DNA from: Camelus dromedarius | Taxonomy: Eukaryota | Length of the DNA: 64,000 nucleotides | Reading direction: 5' to 3' | Assembly (NCBI RefSeq): GCF_036321535.1 | Contig: NC_087437.1 | Span: 16,928,001-16,992,000, forward strand | Shown here: in pieces, positions 38,501 through 51,873 of the stretch | Position numbering within the stretch: the first letter of the stretch is position 1 | Layout of the letters: each line of letters begins with the position of its first letter | Notes under the pieces: model-generated | The model's database searches: none | The model's input: only the letters and a program-made list of their open reading frames with translations | Told to the model about the DNA's origin: nothing | Program-made: the position numbers and the translations under genes

Positions 38501-39318
38501 AGGTATTTTTTAATTTCAGCTTTGATTTCCTCATTGATCCATTGTTTTTTCAATAACATATTGTTTAATCTCCATGCTTTCCTTTTTTTCTCCTTTGTTT
38601 CTCTGTTGTTGATTTCCAGTTTCATGGCATTGTGGTCAGTAAAGATGCTTGAGATAATTTCTATCTTCTTAAAATTGTTGAGGTTTCTTTTGTGCCCAAG
38701 TACATGATCGATCCTGGAAAATGTTCCATGTGCACTTGAAAAGAATGTATATCCTATTTTTTGGGGGTGTAATGCTCTGAAAATATCCACCAAATCTAGT
38801 TTTTCTATTGTAGTATTTAATTTCTCTGTTGCCTTGTTTATTTTCTGTCTGGAAGATCTGTCTAGTGATGTTAATGCAGTGTTAAAATCTCCAACTATGA
38901 TTGTATTCCCATCAATATCCCCCTTTATCTCTGTTAGTAATTCTTGTATGTACTTAGGTGCTCCTATATTGGGTGCATATATATTAACGAGTGTAATATC
39001 CTCATCTTGTATCACTCCTTTAATCATTATAAAATGTCCTTCTTTATCTTTCTTTATGGCCTTTGTTTTAAAGTCTATTTTGTGTGAAATCAGTACTGCA
39101 ACACCTGCTTTTTTGGCTTTTCCATTTGCATGGAATATCCTTTTCCATCCTTTCACTCTCAATCTATATGTGTCCTTCTCCCTAAAGTGGGTCTCTTGTA
39201 TGCAGCATATTGAAGGTTCTTGCTTTATTATCCAGTCTGCCACTCTGTGTCTTTTGACTGGAGCATTTAGTCCATTAACATTTACAGTAATTAATGATAG
39301 ATGTGTGTTTATTGCCAT
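35522..39318 (-). pseudogene. L1 ORF2p (endonuclease / reverse transcriptase / Cys-rich), disrupted
   Basis: 850 aa open with EN motifs (CIQETH, VGDFN, TDHN) and RT motifs (QGCPLSP, YADD); in-frame stops at 36766-36768, 36166-36168 and 35908-35910, a frameshift near 35652 and one further TGA; natural ...LICGI* end at 35522. Confidence 0.95.
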
Positions 39319-39722
39319 TTTGAACTTATCTTTGCAGTTGAATTGGTATATCCTCTTTGTTCCTTTCTTCTTCCTTTTGTGGTTTGGTAATTTTCCTTTG
39401 TATTATCATGGATTTTATTTAATTTTTGTGACTCCTTTGTAAATTTTTGGCTTGTGGTTACCCTTTTTTGTAAATCAATCAACCCATTACTATAACTGTT
39501 TTTATTAAACTGATAGTAACATGATCTCAAACCCATCCTACTGTTAAAAAAATTTAAAAGAGAAAGAAAAAAATATTCTGTATTTCCCTGCCTCCCTCTC
39601 CCACTCTCAGTGATTTGTATGTCTTCTTTTATAATTTCATGTTTACTTTATTTGTAATTCATGAGTTATCACCTTTCCAGTTGTGCATTTCTCATTTCTG
39701 TAGCATCCTGCTGCTTTTCTAT

Positions 39723-40614
39723 TTAGAATAGCCCTTTCAATATTTCTTTTAGCATGGGTTTAGTGTTGCTAAACTCCTGCAGCTTTTTTTTGTCTGTGAA
39801 ACTCTGTTTCTCCTTCTATCCTCAAGGATAGCCTTGCTGGATAAAGGATCCTAGGCTGCATCTTTTTTTCATTCAGGGCTTTGAATATATCTTGCCACTC
39901 CCTTCTGGCCTGTAGTGTTTGTGTAGAGAAATCAGCTGAGAGCCTTATGGGGGTTCCCTTGTAACTTACTCTTTGCTTTTCTCTTGCTGCCTTTAGAATC
40001 ATTTCTTTATCCTTGACTCTGGCCATCTTGATTATGATATGTCTTGGTGTGGGTCTATTTGGGTTCTTCCTGTTTGGGACCCTCTGAGCTTCCTGTACTT
40101 GGATATCTGATTCCTTCTTTAAGTTTGGGAAGTTTTCAGTCATGATTTCTTCAAAAACCTTTTCAATCCCCTTTGATCTTTCTTCTCCTTCTGGGACCCC
40201 TATTATGCAAAGATTGGGACGCTTTATATTATCCCATAGGTCCCTTATGCTATTTTCATTATTTTTTATTTGCTTATCTTGTAGTTCTTCTGAATGGGTG
40301 CTTTCTATTGCCCTGTCTTCTAGATCACTAATTCGTTCCTCTGCATTATCTAGTCGGCTTTGCATAGCTATTAGATCATTCCTCATCTCTGTCAATGAGT
40401 TTATCCATTCTACTTGGCTCTTCTTTATAGCTTCAATTTCATTTTTGACATATTTTATATCTCTAAACACTATGTCTTTTAATTCCTTCAGCAATTTGAT
40501 CACTCCTTTTTTGAAATCTTGATCTAGTAGGCTATCGATGTCTATTTCGTTGATCTTTCTTTCAGGAGATTTCTCTTGTTCTTTTAATTGGGAAAGGTTT
40601 TTCTGCTTCTTCAT
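39723..40614 (-). pseudogene. L1 ORF1p, frameshifted near the C-terminus
   Basis: 281-aa ORF with coiled-coil heptads, NLCIIGVPE, PRHIIIK, LSADFS, ARREW and YPARLS motifs; restoring ~1 nt near 39805 gives ...SFTDKKKLQEFSNTKPMLKEILKGLF* ending at 39723. Confidence 0.92.
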
Positions 40615-41019
40615 CTTGCTCGTACCTCTTTGGCACTGTGGTTTATGGAGTATCAGTTGTTTATTTTGGTCCTTAAGGATTTTATCTATCTGATGCCTAT
40701 TTAGGAATAGAACTTAGGAAAAAAAGAAAAAAAAATGAGAGAGAGAGAAAGAATTTTAAAAGAAGGGAGAAAGAGGGTTTGAAAACAGTGTATAATGAAT
40801 AATAGAAGAGTGAGTTGAAGCAGAGTATTAATTGGGTTGAGACGTCCTTTTAAAACCTTTACAAAAAAGGGGGGGGAGATGAATAGATATATTTGAAACC
40901 TGTGTCTAATCAATAGCAGGACATCAAAACCCAAGAGAAATAGAAATGAATTAAGAAGTAAAGATTAAGAGAGTAATAGAAAGTAGAACAGGTAAAAAAG
41001 ATTAAAAAAAAAGGGGGGG

Positions 41020-42302
41020 GGTTTGTCGGTGTTCTCCTGGAGTCTGTGTGCTTTTAATGTGAGGTCTTTCTGTCTTCGTCCTGTTTTGGAAGCTCAGCTT
41101 GCTGTTTTCAGAGGCCCTCCGTTGGCGCCCTCTTCTGTGCTGCTCCCAGCACCGGTCGGCAAGCAGATCGCGCCTCCTCCTAACACTGGGTCAGGTGCAG
41201 CTCTCTGCTGTGGGCGGGCGGGTCGCTGCCCCTCCGGATGCCGCAGTCAGATGTTGCAGACTGGCCGAGTAGGAGGGCGGGTCGTGCCCCCTCCCAGCAC
41301 CTCGGTCAGGGGCTGTGTTCCTGCCCGAAAGGCGGGGGGGCCGCTCTCGCTCTACCTGCGCCGCCGCCGGTAGCTCCTCTGCTCTGTGCGGCTGCGCGCT
41401 CCGCCCTGGTCGGGGCTCCGCGCGGGTGGGCTCGGGGAAGACCGAAGGACAGCCCTGTCCCTGCTCCGAGCCAGAACCCAGCTCCCTGTTTGTCTTTGTG
41501 GAGCAAGTTCTCTGAGGGACCAGGATGGAAGGATCCTATCTGCCCCGGGCTGCAGGCCAGTCTCAGTCTGGCCTTTGAGGCTGCTAAGCCCTTCGGTGCG
41601 GATGCGGGTTTCACCCCCGCCCCCGCCCCCGCCCCCGCCTGGGTGCTAAGTGCGGAGGATATGGCGGCTGTGCCTGAGCCCCGCCTCTCTTCCCCTGAAA
41701 ACTTTCCGTGGGTTTTCAGAGATGGGGGTGTGCACCCTCCCCCCGAGAGCACATCAACCTTGCTGTTTTATGGAGGGCCCAGGTTGTTCTGCCCTGTGCA
41801 CCCACAGCCACGGCGCGCAGCCCCTTGTGTTCCCCCGGGGCTGCCTCCGTGCAGCCACTTCTGTCCTCCGCCCGGCTTGTGCAGCCTGGCCCTGCCCGCC
41901 GCTGCCGGCCCGCGCCTCAGGCTGGGTGTCGGGGGGACACTCTGTGTCCATTTAACTTAGTTCTGTTAGTCAAGGGCTGCTCTGTACAGATCCGAGCCTC
42001 GGAGGCTCCCCCTCCGTCCCGCTGGCCTCTCAGTTGGAGAGGGGAGACCCAGCGAGCGAGCGCCAGTCCTCCTTTGCCGCTCCCTCCCCGCGGGACCCGT
42101 CCCGCGCTGCTTTGCCTTTTGTTCTTTCTTTTTTCCTTTTCTCCTACCAGATTTTTGGCGTCTTTATCTTTTGAAGAGGGCGATGTTCTGTCAGAGTTCC
42201 GCAGGTGCTCTGGTTGGCTGAGTGGGTCTGTAGAGGTGGGTCTTTGTGGGAGAGGGTGACCTGCGAGCGTCCTTCTACTCCGCCATCTTCTCCGTCTCCC
42301 CC
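41020..42302 (-). promoter_or_regulatory. L1 5' UTR internal promoter / CpG island with YY1-type site
   Basis: Very GC- and CpG-rich; AAGATGGCGG (YY1 consensus) at 42280-42289 near the 5' end; (CGGGGG)4 at 41614-41637. Confidence 0.8.
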
Positions 42303-43112
42303 TCTCCTATTTTTTTTTTTCAAGTACAGTTTAGTCTCAAAATGTTTGTTCAGTTTTAAACATTTTTCCTGAAGTAGTTTATTTTTCTTATTATGTTATC
42401 ACCCTATCAGGTTTTCAAACACACATACTTGTTTGTTACATTTTTCTCCCTGCCCCATTCATCCTCCAATCCAAGGCGTTCTTGAGATTGAGAATCGTAT
42501 ATTATTATTCATAACTGAAATCTGTGCTTGGTACATCGTGTTTCATAAATGTTTGTTTTAGTGAATTAATATATTTTATCATTCAACCAAGAAAAAGTAG
42601 ACTCATGGGTTCTTCAGAAATATAGTATTATTGATTTTGATGCTCCAAACTTCCTAATATGGCCAGAGGGGCGCTCCTTCAAGCTAGTTCCTCAGTCCTT
42701 TTGATATGTCATAGTAATTGCTTGTGCACTTCCATTTTTTGACAAAGAATAATGTACCAGGCTCGTCTTATATTTTCCTTGCCCTGCTCCACAATCAGTG
42801 ATTTCTGTATAAGAGTTCTTTTAGTAGATGTCACTTAGAAGCTAACATTGGCACCAGGTTTCCACATGAATACTGGAGTGTCATTGCTTCTAGGTATTTT
42901 TAGCAGACTAGGATATATTTATACGAATATATATATATGTACATGGGGAATATGTATATGTATATATATTACATATATTTTAAGAATCATGAATTCAGTT
43001 GAAACTTTTAATTCCAGTCCAATATACAGGTTCTTCTTTGCCTTCCTTTCATTCCACAATTAGGTCTTTCTTCTCCCATGTGGATGAAACGGGCTCCTAT
43101 TATCTTCAATAT

Positions 43113-43327
43113 ACTCTTGACCTCTGAACCACATTGGGGTTAGGGGCGCTCACCCTCCAGCAGCTGAAGAACTGTGTAAAACTGATGGTTGGCCTCCCTA
43201 TACGTGGTCCCTCTGTATCCATGGTTTTGCACCCACAGATTCAGCCCACTGATTGTGTAGTACTGTATTCATTACTGAAAATCTGCTTATAAGTGCAGTT
43301 CAAACCTGCGTTGTTCGAGGTCGGCTG
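43113..43327. mobile_element. Tigger2-family MITE (MER8-like), opposite orientation to the 54.3 kb copy
   Basis: Degenerate TIRs cttgacctctgaac / gttgttcgaggtcggctg; internal ggggttaggggcgc and gcagttcaaacc motifs. Confidence 0.7.
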
Positions 43328-46300
43328 TGTTTTACTCATTTGCTCAGTCCTACAATAAATACAAGTTTCAGAGCTGCTACACCTTTATCAACAACAAACC
43401 TAAAGTTCAAGACTTTTGTTGCAGTTCTGGTTTTAAACTGAAGGTACATATTATTTAGATTAGTAACTTGGGTAGATATGTTATCGACTTGAAAGATTCA
43501 AAGTCCTGTATGTGTAGACCACTTTACAGTTTCCCCCCATCCTTGAGTATGTATAAAGCATTAGAAGTTATACTAGAAATGGTGATTTTAAGTGATTCCA
43601 GCATAAAGGCTGAAGCATGGGGTGTTGCTCCAGGGTGCCCCCTGGGGTGTGCTTTTCTCTATGGTGAGAGCCCTGGGTCCTCCCACCCCTGGTGACTTTC
43701 CCTTGTTCCAGACACTTAGCTTCAAAGGTCTGTAAGCCCTGCTTCGATACTGCATCATTTTAAGCTAAACTTGACCTTAGCTAGTATGTGACTATCATCC
43801 TCTTTCCCCATTTCCACCAGCCACCCCACCATGCCTGGTAGCCAGGTTTATGCCCTTGGAGTTATTTTTCTTGAGCATCTTTCTTACCCCTCCAGTTGGA
43901 GAATGGGAACCTCCCACTCTAGCTGGGCTCTGAGTGCTGTTACCAGTGCCCTCATTGGTCTCTGTGGCCTCCCTCTAAGCCGGAAGCCGTCTGTGGCTAG
44001 TAGGCTGACTATGGGTACAGATTTTGTTGCATTCCTCTGCTCCGCCACCTGCAGTGGCTAGTACCCTGCTCTCCAGTCTTCAGTCCACACAGGTTTTGGT
44101 CTGCCCCTCCCTTGCTTGCCTAGTGCGTTTCCTGAGCCCAGTCCTGTCACCTCCACCTTGGGACACTGTGTTGCTCTAGCAGCTCCAACCTGCTTATGCA
44201 CAAGGCCTGTTCTCCGTTAGTGCATCTCAACTTGCGAGCTCAGACTGCTTATAACAATTATTTTTTAAGCACCTGATTGTGCATTCCTCACCCCCCTCCT
44301 ATTTTTTGGCTTATGTATATTTTTGTCTTCTTACTAGGTGGTGAGTTCCTAGGGGCAGAGTTTCCTGGTACTGCTTTTTGGCACCAGCAGTAAGACTGCA
44401 AGCCATTGGAAACTGGGAAAAGGAGACTCCTGGGCTTTCAGAGGCCTCCTGGCTAAGGAAGAATCACACAGGTTGGTTAGCACGAGGCTCAATAGCTTAA
44501 AATAGCCTGGCAAATCCAATTTCTGGGGTGTGCCAACCTAGGATCTGGCTGTTTTAGGGATGAGTGTGCTATAGTCCATACAAAAATAAAAGTACACACA
44601 AGCTTGTGGGGTTCCCCTGCCTTTTGAGGAAGGGGTCTAACAAGTATCTTACCAGGTTGTAAAATCTGGATGCTGAGAAGGGTGTATGGCTGGGCCTCCT
44701 ATAAGGTACAGGAAACAGCCCAGTAAAGCACTTGGGCAAGAGGCTTTTGGAAGCCTGCGGGGGAGATGGTACTAGAAGTTGCCTCTGAAAAGCTGGTGGC
44801 CAAGGAGACATGAAGCTGCGAGACCTTGGAAGCTCTGTCAACAGACCACGCCATGCGGAGGGCAGAATGCCTTGAGAATGGTGGCAAGTCTTCTCACCGG
44901 CTGCTGTTCAGGAATGCCTTTCCTAACTGGTGGCCTTGCCCTAGAAGGACAAAGAAAAAGGTCTTGGGTTTACTGAATGGAGCGCTGACAAGTGCCTGTC
45001 TGTAGACTGAGAGCAGATAACATGGTGAGAACTGAGGTGAGGGTAGGAGGCACTGGGAGTGTCCTACTGGAACCGTCCCCGCCTTTAGTAAGTAAACTAA
45101 TTCGCCCTGAGCCGCAAAGCTACTGAGTGGCAGAGCCGTGATCTGCACCCCACAGGCGTGTCTGAACCCCGAAGGGTTGGAGTGGGGAAAAGTGGTGGTC
45201 CGCCCCACTGGGGACTGCGGAGCTGCTGGGTCTGGGAAGGTTTCCTACCTTGTGCACGGCGGCCAGTCGTCCTTCTGAGTTGCTGGAGTAACGGGAGCCC
45301 ACCCACGACGCAGCCTTCCAGGACTTGTGTTTGCATCTTGTTTCCAGCTTCTCTTCTGATCGTGTCTTGGTCTCCCCAGCCCACTCCTCTGCCTCTGGAT
45401 GCACTGATGCCTTTTGCTGGTGCTTTAGATATGGTTTGCCCAGCCAGCGATGCCTGTGAAGGCCTCTCACCCAATACCCTTGATGGAGTTGTTGAACCAA
45501 TCCAGACATCACCTGTTTGACGGATGTGTTTTATGTCCCTCTGGTTCCAGAGGATTTCTGGAGGGCTGTGGCTTTATTCTTCCAGTGAAACTACTGGTCC
45601 TCACGCTCTTGCACCTCCTCTGCCAGCGCAGGATCCCCACCGTTCCGAGCAGGAGCTGTGGCCACTTCATGGGTAAAGCCTCAGGCTGGGGCCTCTGTGG
45701 GGTCCACAAAGCCTGCACATTTGGGAAAACATGGCACTGTGGTAGGTTGGTACTGACAATGTTCCTACTGTCCTTGTGACCAGAAACACCTCCTTTACGT
45801 GTCCTTGGGAGGAGAAAGCTGTCCTTTAAAAAGTGACGTTGGGTAGAGACCCCTACAGGGCCAGGCACTGAGGAGGGCAGGGATGGAACCTTACCTGAGT
45901 TTGGTCTGATGCGCCTGAGCGGCCACTAAGCCTTTGTCTCCCATGAAGACACGGTTCTTTCGTAGATCCTTTTCTGGGAGCAAGGCCAACAAAGTCACAG
46001 TCAAGTCACATCTAGGAGGTTTGCAAGCTTATCCCGAGGTGGAGTCACACACTCTCATACGCATGTTACCTTCAAGATGAGCTGCCACAGAGACCATCCT
46101 CGTCACCTTCCCTCCTTGGCTGCCTGGAGAGCGCACCTGCACAGACATCTTAGGCCATCTCATTCCCACAGCGCAAAGAACATGCCAGGTCCATGAAGTG
46201 TAGGGTGTTTTTTTCAGAGTGACATCTGGCGGCAATGTCAAGAGAAACCCTCACTTCCGCAGCCAAGCAGAGTACCAGTGGTCCCTAAGGGCACTGCTTG

Positions 46301-46669
46301 GGAGTGACCATGTGTGAGCGCAGGGCCTGGACTCAGGCGGGGCTGGGGCCCAGCTGCTGCTCCCTGAGTGCCGCCTCCGAAACTCAGCCCACAAGCGCTT
46401 CCCCTTAGACCACAGCCAACTTGACCACCCTCACTCTCCAGGGAAATCCAAGTGTTAAAAAACTGATGAGCTAGTTTTAAAAGTCTTCTCGCTTGAAAAG
46501 GTAAAGCCTCACTGATAAATGACACGGCAATTTTGCCATCATTTAACAAGTTATCTGAAAGAACAAACTCAGTTTTTGGTAAAAGGGGAATGCCTCATCA
46601 CTCTGTTGCAGCAGGACAAGAAGTCACCTCTTTGAAGCTTTGCCTTGTAGGAACAACAGGATGACTACC

Positions 46670-48912
<2,243 letters not shown>

Positions 48913-49342
48913 TTAATTTTTTCCTGAGATGCATTAAGACAATGAACTGTAATGGTCAGCTAATATTTCTAATGGTATCATAAAGAACTGTTAAGGGTCA
49001 ATTTTGAAAGGAAAAGACTACAGCTTTTAAAGAAGCAAACATTTAAAAAAAATGATGTTTGACTTCTAATTATCACCTAGACCAAAAACGGCTTTCAAAT
49101 TATAATGAACTGAATGTGTAAATGCATATAAATTATTTTTGGGCCTATAAATGAAGAACATTCCTTTCAATCATGGAATAATTGTAAGACTGATAAATAC
49201 TAGGGGACAAAACTTCACTAAATTCCCCAAAGCAGGTAAATAGAAAGCTGATAGGGAGGTTGCAGATTGGAGTGATGTGATCTCATTTACATTTCTTACC
49301 AAAGCTTTTCATTATGGAAAACTCAAAACATACAAGGCAGAA

Positions 49343-49713
49343 TGTTATGGGCTAAACTATGTCCCCTCAAATTAATATGTGGATGTCCTAACCCCTAGAC
49401 CACAGAATGTAACTGTATTTAGAGGTAGGGCCTTATTTAAAGAGGTGATGAAGGTAAAAGGAGATCATATGAGTGGGTTCCATTCCCACATGATCTATGT
49501 TCTCATAAGGAGACACGCACAGAGGAAAGATCATGTGAAGACAAAGGGAGAAGATGGCGATCTACAAGCCAAGGAGAGAGGTCTCAGAATGAAAGCAATC
49601 TTCCAGACACCTTGATCTCAGACTTCTAGCCTTCAGAGCTGTCAGAAAATAAAATTCTGTTTAAGCCGCCCAGTCAGCGGTATTTGTTATGGCAGTCCTA
49701 GCAAACGAACACG
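49343..49713 (+). mobile_element. MaLR LTR (MLT1A/B-like)
   Basis: tgttatgggctaaactatgtcccc...cttgatctcagacttctagccttcag...tttgttatggcagtcctagcaaac. Confidence 0.8.
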
Positions 49714-50315
49714 TTAGAGAAAGCAGTATAATCCACTCCCGTGCACCCATCATCCAGCTTCACCAACTGTCAAACATTAGGCCAGTCTTGTTTCACTGAA
49801 TCTCCTGTTTTCTCTTCTCCATGTCATTTCACCTCTGACTACTTCAACATGTATCTCTTAACAGATGGAAACTTAAAATAAATAACCATCATATGTTCCT
49901 GACAAAGCTAATAATTTCTTAATATCTCCTACACTTAATCCACATTCAGATTTCCTTATTTCAAACCTGTCTTTTCACACTGAACAAATAATGTTCATAT
50001 TCTATATTTGGCTGCTACATTGGAGCACGGTGTGGTACTGTCAGACAAAGACAAAAGACAGATGCACATGCTGTGCTGACAGACAAATCTAGTGTAAGCT
50101 GTTCTTCATGAAGGTAGTAAGACGGAACCAGTTCCTGTTATTCCAGAATTCAAAACCTGACTGCCTTGAAAGCAAGCTAGGAGAAACAAGCTCATCCAAA
50201 TGCCCACAAGCCCAGCACTGGCCCTGCCCACTGTTGGTCACTGTTCTCTCCTCTTCCTCTTACAGGGTTCTGAAAACAGGAGTATAGTCTTACACCAACA
50301 CCATCACATATTTTA

Positions 50316-50480
<165 letters not shown>

Positions 50481-51023
50481 TCAGAAATCTGTTCATAGAA
50501 TCTGTTCATAGACTCATAGAATTTGGAGTCCTGGCTCTTACATTGGGTCTTCTAACCAATGAAAGCACACCTTCCAATTACAATCTACAGACTACACAAA
50601 TTATGATACTGAACTCTAAGGTAGTTAAGGCTCATTCATTTGGTTCACTCAAGATTTCATCTCAAATCATCAGAAGGAAGTATAATTTAAATGTAAAAAC
50701 GGTAGTTAACATTCATTTAGCTGTGAGTCAATTCCCGCAAAACTAACTCATGGGAACTATTATTATCCCAAATTTACACATGGGGACCCGGAGGCAGAGA
50801 GGCTTACCCAAAGCCGCACAGCTGGCAAGGGTGGCACTAGGATTTAAATGCTGAAAGCCTCAAGAGCCCATGCCCTCCATTCCTATTCTACACTGCAGAG
50901 CAGACCCTGAATTAGGATTTTAACTCTTCTTGTTTAAGACTGAACATCAAAACTCAAGTCATTACGCACAATGACCAGCATCACAAAGCCACCACACCCC
51001 TGTGACGGCTGATGCAACACTTA

Positions 51024-51155
<132 letters not shown>

Positions 51156-51348
51156 TCATTTTGTGGCAGCAGATGATGAATTTAGCTGATCAATCCTATG
51201 CTAAGAAGGCCAGAGGTGGCTGGCCTAATCGCCACGGAGGGGGAGTTAGCTGGGTTTATTCCAGGGCCAAGGGTGAGATCATCATCAAAGGACCTGCCTT
51301 TGCAGAAACAGCAGTAGGTGGGAGACCCCCAAGTACTGACGAGAAGCT

Positions 51349-51394
51349 GGCTGTGGCTGTGGCTGTGGCTGTGGCTGTGGCTGTGGCTGGCTGT
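51349..51394. repeat. Hexanucleotide microsatellite (GGCTGT)6 plus partial units
   Basis: Six perfect GGCTGT units at 51349-51384, then ggct ggctgt. Confidence 0.95.
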
Positions 51395-51403
51395 TGTTAG
51401 GTG

Positions 51404-51873
51404 TGAAGACAATCAGAACATGATATCCCAAAATATGCCTCTCTGAGATTAAAACCTATTTTGAGATGAAGGTAATTAAGCAGTAATGCAGAAAAAGCTT
51501 TCTCTTTTCTGCCTAAGGGTGGGGAATAAATTCTCCTTTTGCTGGAGACTCTTACCAGCCCAGAGATGGCACCAGAGGAACCTGCAGACAGACCCTAGTT
51601 AAGGAAGATGAGGACGACCTAGCCCTACCTGGACTAGTCCCAGTCCAAATCACTTTCTCTTGTCATTTCTCCACAAATACTGTTCTTCATCTAAAAGGAA
51701 TAAAGCTTCCTGCTCTGGTCACTTCTTCATTCTTTTGTGAAGGCTCCCAGGTACATGTAAAAATTTAATAAAATTTATATGCTTTTCCCCTATTAATCTG
51801 TCTTTGTCAGTTTAATTTTTAGACCTGATCAGGGACCCTAGGACAGTTGACGAAAACTTTTTTCTCCCCTACA
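51404..51873 (+). mobile_element. ERV1-class solo LTR (470 bp, MER34/MER39-like), antisense in a STAG1 intron
   Basis: TG...CA termini; 4-bp TSD GGTG at 51400-51403 and 51874-51877; AATAAA at 51767-51772. Confidence 0.8.

Larger units (their letters stand above)
35211..42302 (-). mobile_element. Full-length young LINE-1 (~7.1 kb), disabled
   Basis: 5' end GGGGGAGACGGAGAAGATGGCGG, CpG-rich 5' UTR, ORF1, ~400-bp spacer, ORF2, 3' UTR with AATAAA (35221-35226) and poly(A); TSD tctccta(T)n at 35193 and 42303. Confidence 0.96.
32770..43100 (-). mobile_element. Ancient L1M (L1MC-like) 3' fragment split by two younger L1 insertions (pieces ~32770-33390, 35145-35200, ~42590-43100)
   Basis: Pieces read as a continuous L1MC-type 3' sequence (...ggaagagctttctcttctcc...gactcatgg...ttttgatgctc...ccttcaagctagttcct); family from recognition only. 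Confidence 0.55.

Noticed and set aside
36023..40522. Hydrophobic plus-strand ORFs (186, 118, 98, 202, 126 aa) resembling membrane proteins
   Set aside because: They are antisense shadows of the A-rich L1 ORF1/ORF2.
41023..42259. Long ORFs antisense to the L1 5' UTR (240 aa at 41238-41960, 183 aa at 41708-42259) as ORF0 analogues
   Set aside because: Overlapping ORFs occur in many frames on both strands of very GC-rich DNA. They are Pro/Ala/Gly-rich with no recognisable domain, as expected from stop-codon scarcity. Conservation across L1 copies would be needed.
46560..46612. Box C (RTGATGA) in both copies of the 40-bp repeat, plus a CTGA after one copy, suggesting a C/D snoRNA
   Set aside because: The C-to-D spacing is only ~20-25 nt, the location is not intronic, and I saw no terminal stem.
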